Source: Actinomycetes bacterium (GTDB lineage Bacteria > Actinomycetota > Actinomycetes > JAHEKZ01). From it: a DNA stretch of 64,000 bases. Position 1 is the stretch's first letter. Each line of letters begins with the position of its first letter. The position numbers and the translations under genes are program-made. Below, piece after piece: positions 54,440 through 63,147 of the stretch. The notes beneath the pieces are model-generated. The model was not told the DNA's origin. It was given only the letters and a program-made list of their open reading frames with translations, and searched no databases. The DNA lies in the NCBI GenBank assembly GCA_049282455.1, contig JBAPUB010000029.1, positions 5,176-69,175 of the forward strand, in the 5' to 3' direction.

Positions 54440-55897
54440 TCAGGACGTGAGCGAGGCTCCGGTACGCAGCCAGGTGTCACCTCGGGCCCGGTAGGCCAGC
54501 AGAGCCAGCCGCACGACCATGAACCACAGCAGGGCCCACCACAGGGCCACGACCCCGTCGTCGTTGGCACGCACGAGCGCGGCCGCCGGTACGAAGGCGA
54601 CCAGCGTCACCGCACCGGCTCCGGCCAGCCAGGTGGCGTCGCCGGCCCCGATGAGAACGCCGTCCAGCACGAACACGGGACCGGCCACCGGTTGGTGGAC
54701 GGCCACCACCAGCAACGACGCCGTCAGCAGTGAGCGCACGGCAGGGTCTGCGCTGAACATCGCCGGAAGTAGCGGGGCCAGCAGCACCACGAGGCCCGCG
54801 AGCGCGAAACCGGCACCGATCCCCCACTGCAGCAGACGCCGGAGGTCCTGGCGGGCGGCATCGACGTCGGAGGCGCCGAGGTCACGGCCGACCAGGGCCT
54901 GGCCGGCGATGGCCAGGGCGTCCAGGGCGAGGGAAAGCAGCAACCACACCTGGAGGGACACGTGGTAGGCCGCGAGGTCGGCGTCGCCGGCATGCGCAGC
55001 CACCGACACCGACACGATGAAGACGGCTCGCAGGGCGAGCGTCCTCAGGAGCAACGGTCCGCTCAGCCGCGCCGTCTCACGGACCCCCGCAAGGTCGGGC
55101 CACCACGAGACCGCGTACGGACGCGACCGCCGGACGACGACGGCGACGTACGCCGCGGCACCGATGGCCTGGGCGAGCACCGTCGCCCAGGCCGAGCCGG
55201 CCACACCGTGGTGGAGGCCGAGGACGAACCACAGGTCCAGGACCAGGTTCAAGCTGGCGGTCACGACGGTGATCACCAACGGCGTCCGGGTGTCCTGCAA
55301 GCCCCGCAGCAGGCCGATGGCAGCGAACGACACGAGCACCGCCGGAAGCCCGAGGAGGCTGACCCGCAGGTAGTCACCGGCAAAGGGCGCAGCGGTCGCG
55401 GACGCCCCCAGTCCGGCGACCAGAGCCGTCGCCAGCAGCTCTCCGACCACGACCAGGGCCAGGCCCAGCACCAGTCCGAGCCACAGCGCGTCGGCCCCCA
55501 GCCGCAGGGCGTCGTCGGCGCGGCCAGCGCCGAGGCGACGCGCGACGACCGCGGTGGTGCCGTACGCCAGGAAGACACACAGCCCCACCGTGGTGGCCAG
55601 CACGGTGCCGGCCGCACCGAGGCCGGCCAGCTGTGCGGTGCCCAGCGTTCCCACGACCGCGGCGTCGGCCAGCAGGAACAACGGCTCGGCGACCAGCGCC
55701 CCGAGCGCGGGAACGGCCAGGGCCAGGATCGCTCGGTCACGGGGGTCCAGGCGCACGAGCCGCGACGCTACCCGGACCCGGCCGAACACCAGGGCCGGGA
55801 GGGACGGCGCCCGATAGTTGTCCACAGGTTGCCCACAGGCAGGTCCCGCAGGATCCACCGATGCCGGGCGCGTCGTCCACAGTCGGCCTGGGGACAA
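54440..55897 (-). CDS. MATE-family efflux transporter
   Basis: 485 aa with 12 TM helices and the DinF/NorM-like pattern. The start is possibly downstream of the annotated one. Confidence 0.8.
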   Translation of the reverse strand: MSPGRLWTTRPASVDPAGPACGQPVDNYRAPSLPALVFGRVRVASRLVRLDPRDRAILALAVPALGALVAEPLFLLADAAVVGTLGTAQLAGLGAAGTVLATTVGLCVFLAYGTTAVVARRLGAGRADDALRLGADALWLGLVLGLALVVVGELLATALVAGLGASATAAPFAGDYLRVSLLGLPAVLVSFAAIGLLRGLQDTRTPLVITVVTASLNLVLDLWFVLGLHHGVAGSAWATVLAQAIGAAAYVAVVVRRSRPYAVSWWPDLAGVRETARLSGPLLLRTLALRAVFIVSVSVAAHAGDADLAAYHVSLQVWLLLSLALDALAIAGQALVGRDLGASDVDAARQDLRRLLQWGIGAGFALAGLVVLLAPLLPAMFSADPAVRSLLTASLLVVAVHQPVAGPVFVLDGVLIGAGDATWLAGAGAVTLVAFVPAAALVRANDDGVVALWWALLWFMVVRLALLAYRARGDTWLRTGASLTS

Positions 55898-55930
55898 CCC
55901 AGGACGGCCGGCTTCCTACACTGACCTGCG

Positions 55931-57235
55931 ATGCCCGACACCCCGGCGACGCCTGGCCGACTCCCGGTCGCGAGCCACGCTGCGCTCACCCTGGGACGTG
56001 CGGCAGCCCGCCTGAGCCAGTGGGGTGGTCACGGCCGTGGGTCCCAGGTCGGGGGCAAGGTCGCCTACCGGCTGCGGCCGCAGACCCTGGCCGACCTTGC
56101 CGCCCACCGGTCCGTCGCGCTGGTGTCGGGGACCAACGGCAAGAGCACGACGGCGACGCTGCTCGCCGCCGCAGCATCGATGCTGGGACCTGTGGCCTTC
56201 AACCGCACGGGCGCCAACATGGAGGAAGGACTCGTCACCGCGCTCGACGCCGACCGGCGTGCCGCGGTGGCCGTGCTCGAGACCGACGAGGCCTACCTGA
56301 GCTCGGTGGTCGAGGCGACGCGACCGCGGCTGATCGTGCTGATGAACCTCAGCCGCGACTTCCTGGAACGCGGGGTCAGGGCCAAGCGCCTGGCCGGTCA
56401 CTGGCACGACACCGTGACCCGGATCGACTGGCCGTGCACGGTCGTGGCCAACGTCGACGACCCGCTGGTCGCCTGGGCGGTGGCGAAGGCACCACGTGTG
56501 ATCTGGGTCGCCGGCGAGGACACGTACCTCGACGATGCGGTGCTGTGCCGTGACTGCCTCGTCCGGCTGGACCGAGACGGGTGGAAGTGGGCGTGCCCGC
56601 GCTGCCGGTTCTCACGCCACGAGCCCCACTGGATGCTGCACCGCGAAGGCGGAGAGGTGTCGGCACAGGCACCAAACGGGGCAGTCGTCGGTGTACCACG
56701 CGCTCTTCCCGGCCATGCCGCAGAGGTGAACGTGCTGTTCGCCCTCGCTGCAGCCGTCGAGCTCGGCGTTCCCGTGGAGTCCGCGGCAGCACGGATCGCC
56801 GAGGTCGAGGGCGTCGACGGCCGCTACGCGCCCCGGCCCTTCGGCGCGCATCGGGTGCGCGTCCTCCTGGCGAAGAACCCGGCCAGCTGGACCGAGTCGC
56901 TGGCGACGGTCAGCGAGGGGCCGGCGGGCAGCGCCTCCCGTTCGCTTGTCCTGGCGATGCACGGCCGGGGTGGAGGCGGTGGTCAGGACACGGCGATGCT
57001 GTGGGATGCGCCGTTCGAGCGCCTCGCAGGACGCCGAGTAACCGTGGCGGGGTCCCGAGGCAACGAGCTGGCGCTTCGCCTGACTGTCGCCGGCGTCCAC
57101 GTCGACGTAGGCGGAGACGACGTCCTCGGGGCAGTAGGCACGTTGCCGCCTGGGGACGTCGACCTGGTCGCCAACTGGCCGGCGTTCAACGATGTGCTCG
57201 ACGTGCTGGGTCGTGACATCCAGGTCGGCCCATGA
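55931..57235 (+). CDS. murT: Lipid II isoglutaminyl synthase, Mur-ligase-like subunit MurT
   Basis: 434 aa with the Mur ligase P-loop VSGTNGKSTT, a Cys-rich insert (CRDC...CPRC) and a C-terminal DUF1727 region, followed by gatD. Confidence 0.8.
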   Translation: MPDTPATPGRLPVASHAALTLGRAAARLSQWGGHGRGSQVGGKVAYRLRPQTLADLAAHRSVALVSGTNGKSTTATLLAAAASMLGPVAFNRTGANMEEGLVTALDADRRAAVAVLETDEAYLSSVVEATRPRLIVLMNLSRDFLERGVRAKRLAGHWHDTVTRIDWPCTVVANVDDPLVAWAVAKAPRVIWVAGEDTYLDDAVLCRDCLVRLDRDGWKWACPRCRFSRHEPHWMLHREGGEVSAQAPNGAVVGVPRALPGHAAEVNVLFALAAAVELGVPVESAAARIAEVEGVDGRYAPRPFGAHRVRVLLAKNPASWTESLATVSEGPAGSASRSLVLAMHGRGGGGGQDTAMLWDAPFERLAGRRVTVAGSRGNELALRLTVAGVHVDVGGDDVLGAVGTLPPGDVDLVANWPAFNDVLDVLGRDIQVGP

Positions 57236-57951
57236 GCCTGGACACACTGATGGTGGTCGAGGTGTTCCCCTCGTTGCTGCAGCCGGAGGGTGACCACGGC
57301 AACGTCGTGATCCTCACAGACCGGGCCCATCGACGAGGCGTCGACGTCGACGTGCTCATCGTTCATCCCGGTGACGACCTTCCGGACGACGCTCAGCTGT
57401 ACCTCATCGGCGGCTCCACGGACTCCGACTTGACGGAGTGCGCGCGTCGGCTGCGCTCGGGTGGAGAGCTCACACGCGCCGTTGCCGCAGGTGCGGCCGT
57501 GCTCGGCGTCGGCGCGGGGTACCAGGTCTTGTCACAGCGCTTTGACGACCCCGACGGCTTGCCGCACGACGGCGTCGGCCTGCTCGATGTCGAGATGTCA
57601 CATGCCCCGTGGGCCAAGGGTCCAGTCGTCACTGCGCCCAGCCCCGCACTCGGTCTTCCCCAGCTGTCCGGGTACGAGTACCACTGCAGCGGGGCGTCGC
57701 TCGGCCCCGACGTGCTGCCGCTCGCCGCGCTCGAGATCGGCGTGGGTAACGGAGAGCGTGCAGGGGCAAACCATGACGGAGCCGTTTCCGGGAGGGTCAT
57801 CGGCACCTGGCTGCACGGACCGCTCCTGCCCCGCAACCCCGAGGTGGCCGACCTCCTGCTGCGCTGGGTCGGCGTCGACGTGACGCCGCTCGACGACTCG
57901 GCAGCGCACGAGGCCAGGACGATCAGGATCCGTGAGGCGCGCGCGGGCTGA
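57232..57951 (+). CDS. gatD: Lipid II isoglutaminyl synthase, glutaminase subunit GatD (CobQ/CobB-type GATase)
   Basis: 239 aa with a GATase1-like domain and catalytic Cys and His regions. The ATG overlaps the murT stop. Confidence 0.8.
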   Translation: MSLDTLMVVEVFPSLLQPEGDHGNVVILTDRAHRRGVDVDVLIVHPGDDLPDDAQLYLIGGSTDSDLTECARRLRSGGELTRAVAAGAAVLGVGAGYQVLSQRFDDPDGLPHDGVGLLDVEMSHAPWAKGPVVTAPSPALGLPQLSGYEYHCSGASLGPDVLPLAALEIGVGNGERAGANHDGAVSGRVIGTWLHGPLLPRNPEVADLLLRWVGVDVTPLDDSAAHEARTIRIREARAG

Positions 57952-57995
57952 TACGTTCGCGGCTTCTCGGTCCGGGGTGACTTCTGGAGGACGCT

Positions 57996-58433
57996 GTGGC
58001 GAGGGTCAGCATCTATCTGAACTTCATGGGAAACGCAGAAGAGGCGTTCAACCACTACAGGTCGGTGTTCGGTGGCGACTTCACGTCTTTCCAACGGATG
58101 AGTGACGTGCCACCCGACTCCTCTCAGCCGCCCCTGCCGGACAACGAGAAGAACCTGGTGATGCACGTCGAGCTGCCGATTCTCGGCGGGACGGTGCTGA
58201 TGGCCACGGACATGCTGGAGTCGATGGGACATGCCCTCCGTACCGGCAACAACGTCGCGATCAACCTCGAGCCCGATGACCTCGATGAGACCAGGCGGCT
58301 GTTCGCCGCTCTGTCCGACGGTGCAACCGACATCGCGCCCCTCGAGAAGATGTTCTGGGGCGCCTACTGGGGCACGTGCTGCGACCGGTTCGGTGTCCGC
58401 TGGATGTTCAACTACGCGGACTCCCCCGCCTGA
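57996..58433 (+). CDS. VOC-family (glyoxalase/PhnB-like) protein
   Basis: 145 aa with PhnB/3-demethylubiquinone-9 methyltransferase-domain-like sequence (..LVMHVELPILGGTVLMATD..). Confidence 0.7.
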   Translation: MARVSIYLNFMGNAEEAFNHYRSVFGGDFTSFQRMSDVPPDSSQPPLPDNEKNLVMHVELPILGGTVLMATDMLESMGHALRTGNNVAINLEPDDLDETRRLFAALSDGATDIAPLEKMFWGAYWGTCCDRFGVRWMFNYADSPA

Positions 58434-58553
58434 CGGCGCGTCGGCCATCTCCGCTCGGTGCGGGGCTGTTCGCGTGGCGGGGCTAGGGTCGCAGACGTAG
58501 GGAGCCCAGCCGGGTCCACCGAGCTGCTGGCGAAGCGTCGTGGAGGCTGCCGC

Positions 58554-60044
58554 GTGAAGACTGCCGCGACGCAAACAGCGGCACTCCCGGCCCAGGTCGA
58601 CGTCCTGGTCGTCGGCGGGGGAGTGAGCGGTCTGGCGACGGCGTACTTCCTGCGCAAGCGGCTGGGGTCGAATGCCTCGGTCCTGGTGCTGGAGGCCGAC
58701 CCCCGACCAGGCGGCAAGGTCTGGACCCGCACGGTCGCCGGTCTACCCGTCGACGTGGGGCCGGATGCGTTCTTGGCCAGGGCTCCGCAGCTGCGGTCCC
58801 TGGTGGCCGACCTGGGCCTGGCGGAGCAGGTGACCGGACCCGCCGCCTCTGGCGCCTACGTGTGGTCTCGTGGACGGCTGCGCAGGCTCCCACCCGGTGC
58901 GCTGTTCGGGATCCCGGACCGGATCGTGCCGATGCTCGCCTCGGGCCTGCTCTCCCCTCGCGGTGCGGCCCGGGCAGCGGTCGACCTGGTCCGTCCGACG
59001 ACGACCCCGCGCTGTGCCGACCCGTCCGTCGGTGACCTCCTGCGGCCCCGGTTCGGTCGTGAGGTGTTCGACCGGCTCGTGCAGCCGCTGGTCGGAGGAG
59101 TTCACGCCGGGGATGCCGACCTGCTCAGCGCGAGCGCCACGGTCCCGGAGATCGCTGCCCTGGCGCGGTCGGGGCGCAGTCTGTTCCTGACGTTGCGGGC
59201 TCGCCGCCGTGCAGCCAGCGCCGCGGCCCGTGCCGAGCCGGGGCGTCCATCGCCAGCACTGGTGTCGCTGCTGGGCGGGATGGGCGGCCTGGTGGAGGCG
59301 TTGGTCGCCGCCGTCGATGCAGACCTGCGGTCGGGTGTGCGCGTCGAGGACGTCGCCGCTTCGCCCGAAGGTCTGCTCGTCAGCACCTCGGCGGGCCACG
59401 TGTCGGCTCACCAGGTGGTCCTGGCCGCGCCGGCTCCCGCGGCGGCAGACCTGCTCGCCCGCCACAACGTGACAGCGTCTGCGACTCTGCGTGAGATCCC
59501 GTACGTCGATGTCGCCAACGTGACGCTGGCGTTCCGGGCCGCCGACCTGTCGGGTGTGCCGATGGACGGTACTGGCTTCATGGTTCCTCCGGTCGAGGGC
59601 GAGCTGCTGGTCGGCTGCAGCTGGCTGTCCAGGAAGTGGCCGCACCTCGTCGGCAAGGACGTGCTGCTCATCCGTTCCATGGTGGGACGCGCGGGTGACC
59701 AGCGCTGGACCGCGTTCGACGACGACGAGCTGGTCCTGCAGGTGCGTGAGTCTCTGTCCCGACTGATGGGGGTGTCCGCTGCGCCGGTCGACGTGCTGGT
59801 GCAGCGGTGGCCGTCGGCGATGCCCCAGTACACCGTCGGACACGCCGAGCGCCTCGCGCGGCTCGATGCAGCGTTGGTGTCGTCGCCGTCGCTGCATGTG
59901 ACAGGAGCTGCGTACCGCGGTGCGGGCCTGGCCGGTTGCGTGGCCCAGGCAAGCATCGTCGCGTCGCAGGTCTGCGAACGTCTCGCCGTCCCCGGGTTGG
60001 GTGCCGGCGACCTGGTTGGTCCTCCTGAAGGGGCACTTCGATGA
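58554..60044 (+). CDS. hemY: Protoporphyrinogen / coproporphyrinogen III oxidase (HemY/CgoX family, FAD-dependent)
   Basis: GTG 58554 with a GGAGG SD 7 nt upstream gives 496 aa. N-terminal FAD dinucleotide-binding motif VLVVGGGVSGLATAY. Overall HemY-family length and C-terminal region. Confidence 0.8.
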   Translation: MKTAATQTAALPAQVDVLVVGGGVSGLATAYFLRKRLGSNASVLVLEADPRPGGKVWTRTVAGLPVDVGPDAFLARAPQLRSLVADLGLAEQVTGPAASGAYVWSRGRLRRLPPGALFGIPDRIVPMLASGLLSPRGAARAAVDLVRPTTTPRCADPSVGDLLRPRFGREVFDRLVQPLVGGVHAGDADLLSASATVPEIAALARSGRSLFLTLRARRRAASAAARAEPGRPSPALVSLLGGMGGLVEALVAAVDADLRSGVRVEDVAASPEGLLVSTSAGHVSAHQVVLAAPAPAAADLLARHNVTASATLREIPYVDVANVTLAFRAADLSGVPMDGTGFMVPPVEGELLVGCSWLSRKWPHLVGKDVLLIRSMVGRAGDQRWTAFDDDELVLQVRESLSRLMGVSAAPVDVLVQRWPSAMPQYTVGHAERLARLDAALVSSPSLHVTGAAYRGAGLAGCVAQASIVASQVCERLAVPGLGAGDLVGPPEGALR

Positions 60045-61198
60045 CTCACGGCGTGCCATCGCGACCGGTCAACTTCGACCAGCGACCGATGCTGGTGTTC
60101 TGGGAGGTCACTCGCTCGTGCCTGTTGGCATGCGAGCACTGTCGCGCGTCAGCGACAGCCGGACCGTTGCCCGGCGAGCTCGACCACGCCGAGGGGTTCG
60201 ACCTGATCGACCAGGTGGCGGGTTTCGGGCGCCCCTACCCGATCCTGGTGCTCACCGGTGGCGACTGCCTGCTGCGCGAGGACATTTTCAGCCTGGTCGA
60301 CCACGCCGCGTCGAAGGGCATCCCCGTGGCGCTGTCACCGTCGGTCACGCCGATGCTCACGCCCGACGCCGTCGCCTCCATGGTGAGCTCGGGGGTTAAG
60401 GCAGTGTCGATCAGCCTGGACGGAGCGTGTGCTGCGACGCACGACGGCGTGCGGGGCATCCCGGGTCACTTCGAGCAGACGATCCCGGCGATCAAGCAGC
60501 TGGTCTCCGCCGGGCTGACCGTGCAGATCAACACGACGGTCATGGCCTCGAACGTCCGCGAGCTGCCCGACGTCGCTGCGCTCGTCACCGACACAGGGGC
60601 GCACATGTGGGAGGTGTTCTTCCTGGTCCACGTCGGCCGCGGGGAGGCGACCGGAGCGATCAGCCCGGTCGAGCACGAGGACGTGTGCCACTTCTTGTTC
60701 GACGCATCGCAGTACGGGTTCATCGTTCGTACGGTCGAGGCCCCGTTCTTTCGGCGCGTTGTGGCGCAGCGACGCGCAGACGACTCTGCCCGCCCCGACA
60801 CCGAGCTCTACTCCCACCTGTCGGCACGGCTCGTCCAGCGCCTGGGGACCTCGCAGGCCCGCCCGTCGGCGCACACGGCGGCCACCCGCGACGGCAAGGG
60901 GATCTTGTTCGTCGCGCACGACGGTGAGGTGTACCCGGCCGGCTTCTTGCCACTGGGTCTGGGATCGGTGCGGGACCGTCCGCTGGCCGACATCTACCGT
61001 GAGCACCCCACGTTGCGGGCGATCCGTGCAGCACAGTTCTCCGGCAAGTGCGGGGTGTGCGAGTTCTCCGACCTGTGCGGCGGGTCGAGGGCCCGGGCCT
61101 ACGCTGCGTCCGGTGACCCCCTAGGGTCCGACCCGGCGTGCCCGTACGAGCCCGGGCCGATGCTCGCGGCCGGGCCGGTGAAACGTCTCAGTGGGTGA
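60041..61198 (+). CDS. Radical SAM / SPASM-domain protein (AhbD/NirJ-like), translationally coupled to hemY
   Basis: 385 aa. CxxxCxxC motif in the WE-x-T-R-x-C-x-L-x-C-x-H-C context (VFWEVTRSCLLACEHC), a GGD..LLRED SAM-binding region and a C-terminal Cys cluster (CGVCEFSDLCGG...CPY) typical of SPASM/twitch domains. The ATG overlaps the hemY stop (ATGA). Confidence 0.8.
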   Translation: MTHGVPSRPVNFDQRPMLVFWEVTRSCLLACEHCRASATAGPLPGELDHAEGFDLIDQVAGFGRPYPILVLTGGDCLLREDIFSLVDHAASKGIPVALSPSVTPMLTPDAVASMVSSGVKAVSISLDGACAATHDGVRGIPGHFEQTIPAIKQLVSAGLTVQINTTVMASNVRELPDVAALVTDTGAHMWEVFFLVHVGRGEATGAISPVEHEDVCHFLFDASQYGFIVRTVEAPFFRRVVAQRRADDSARPDTELYSHLSARLVQRLGTSQARPSAHTAATRDGKGILFVAHDGEVYPAGFLPLGLGSVRDRPLADIYREHPTLRAIRAAQFSGKCGVCEFSDLCGGSRARAYAASGDPLGSDPACPYEPGPMLAAGPVKRLSG

Positions 61199-61274
61199 GA
61201 CGCCGGCAGACGGTGTGTTCTCCACAGTTCGTGGCAGACGAACGCGCAGGTCAGAGACGGTGCGGAGCGCTGGG

Positions 61275-61292
61275 CCTGTGGATATCCACAGG
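61275..61292. promoter_or_regulatory. Perfect 18-bp palindrome CCTGTGGATATCCACAGG (head-to-head DnaA-box-like pair) in the dnaB leader
   Basis: Contains TGTGGATAT / ATATCCACA, each an 8/9 match to TTATCCACA. It lies 77 nt after the radical SAM stop and about 160 nt before the dnaB start. It could alternatively act as a 7-bp-stem hairpin terminator. Confidence 0.45.
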
Positions 61293-61452
61293 TCCGTCCC
61301 GAAGGTTACGCACGGGTGAACCGGCGTGTTCCCCACGATGTCCCCAGGGGCATCCCCAGGCTCACTTGGTCTTGTCGGACCTGCCGGGTAGAGATGGTCT
61401 CGATCGTTGCTCTCGCCTGCTGACAGCCTGCCCACCCCTGAACAGGAGCCCG

Positions 61453-62835
61453 GTGACCGTCGCGCAGTTCCAGACCCCCGCCGACGAGTCCGGCTTCGCC
61501 GGTGGGTTCGGGCCGGCCTTCGACCGGACCCCGCCGCAGGATCTCGAGGCCGAGCAGGGCGTGCTCGGCGGGATGCTGCTGAGCAAGGACGCCATCGCCG
61601 ACGTCGTCGAGCAGCTCCGCGCCGGCGACTTCTACAAGCCTGCGCACCAGACGGTGTACGAGGCGATCCTCGACCTCTACGGCCGCGGCGAGCCCGCCGA
61701 CCCGGTCACCGTCGCCGACGAGCTCACCAAGCGTGGCGAGATCTCCCGGATCGGCGGTGCGCCGTACCTGCACACGTTGATCGCGTCGGTTCCGACCGCG
61801 GCGAACGCTGGGTACTACGCGCGCATCGTCGGCGAGCGAGCCATCCTGCGACGACTGGTCGAGGCGGGGACCCGGATCGTGCAGCTGGGATACGCCGACA
61901 CCGGTGAGGTCGACGACGCCGTCGACCGCGCACAGGCGGAGATCTACCACGTCACCGAACGACGCACGAGCGAGGACTACCTGCCGCTGTCGCAGATCAT
62001 GGAGGGCACCCTCGACGAGCTGGAGGCCATCGGGTCGCGCGGTGGAACCCTGGCGGGCGTTCCGACCGGCTTCACCGACCTGGACAACCTCACCAATGGC
62101 CTGCATCCCGGCCAGCTCGTGGTCGTCGCCGCTCGGCCCGGCCTCGGCAAGTCGACGGTCGCGCTGGACTTCGCGCGAGCGGCCTCCATCAAGCACGGCC
62201 TGACCAGTGTCATCTTCAGCCTCGAGATGACCCGCAACGAGATCACCATGCGTCTTCTCTCCGCCGAGGCGCGAGTGGCACTGCACCACATGCGCACGGG
62301 GTCGATGAGCGACGACGACTGGACCAGGCTCGCGCGCAAGATGAGCGAGGTCGCGAGCGCGCCACTGTTCATCGACGACTCTCCCAACATGAACATGATG
62401 GAGATCCGCGCCAAGTGCCGCCGACTCAAGCAGCGTCACGACCTCAAGCTCATCGTCGTCGACTACCTGCAGCTCATGAGCAGCGGCAAGCGCGTCGAGA
62501 GCCGCCAGCAGGAGGTCGCCGAGTTCTCGCGCTCGCTGAAGCTGCTGGCCAAAGAGCTGGGTGTTCCGGTCGTCGCGCTCAGCCAGCTGAACCGCGGTCC
62601 CGAGCAGCGCACCGACAAGCGCCCGATGTTGTCCGACCTGCGTGAGTCCGGCTCGATCGAGCAGGACTCCGACGTCGTCATGCTGCTGCACCGCGAGGAC
62701 GCCTACGAGCGCGAGTCGCCGCGGGCAGGTGAAGCCGACTTCATCATCGCCAAGCACCGCAACGGACCGACGGCAACGGTCACGGTGGCCTTCCAGGGCC
62801 ACTACTCGCGCTTCGTCGACATGGCCAACAGCTGA
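61453..62835 (+). CDS. dnaB: Replicative DNA helicase DnaB
   Basis: GTG 61453 with AGGAG 4 nt upstream gives 460 aa, with Walker A GLGKST, Walker B and an arginine finger. No intein is present. The 565-aa track ORF is a 5' extension through the leader. Confidence 0.95.
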   Translation: MTVAQFQTPADESGFAGGFGPAFDRTPPQDLEAEQGVLGGMLLSKDAIADVVEQLRAGDFYKPAHQTVYEAILDLYGRGEPADPVTVADELTKRGEISRIGGAPYLHTLIASVPTAANAGYYARIVGERAILRRLVEAGTRIVQLGYADTGEVDDAVDRAQAEIYHVTERRTSEDYLPLSQIMEGTLDELEAIGSRGGTLAGVPTGFTDLDNLTNGLHPGQLVVVAARPGLGKSTVALDFARAASIKHGLTSVIFSLEMTRNEITMRLLSAEARVALHHMRTGSMSDDDWTRLARKMSEVASAPLFIDDSPNMNMMEIRAKCRRLKQRHDLKLIVVDYLQLMSSGKRVESRQQEVAEFSRSLKLLAKELGVPVVALSQLNRGPEQRTDKRPMLSDLRESGSIEQDSDVVMLLHREDAYERESPRAGEADFIIAKHRNGPTATVTVAFQGHYSRFVDMANS

Positions 62836-63147
62836 CGTCAACTGCTGGGAGTTCGCGGTGGGTGACCTCGACGGCCTGCGACCAGCGTCGGACTCCGACG
62901 CCCCGCTGATCCAGCGACTGGTCGCCGAAGCGTACGGAGACTACGTCGCTCGCATCGGCATGAAGCCCAACCCGGTGGTCGACGACTATGCGCGGCGCAT
63001 CGCCGACGACGAGGTGTGGGTACTCGGCCAAGACCCACTTGACGCAGTTCTCGTGCTCGTCGATCACGGCTCGTGCGGTGTGGATGTCGAAGCTCCTTCA
63101 ACCCTGAGCCCAGGGGCCGATCGGTTCCGGTCTCACAGCCAGCGAGA

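Noticed and set aside
62858-63147. ORF after dnaB with GNAT-like N-terminal half, listed as a finding rather than a feature
   Set aside because: Similarity stops after about 85 aa and the frame continues antisense through rsgA, so there is not enough support for a feature call.
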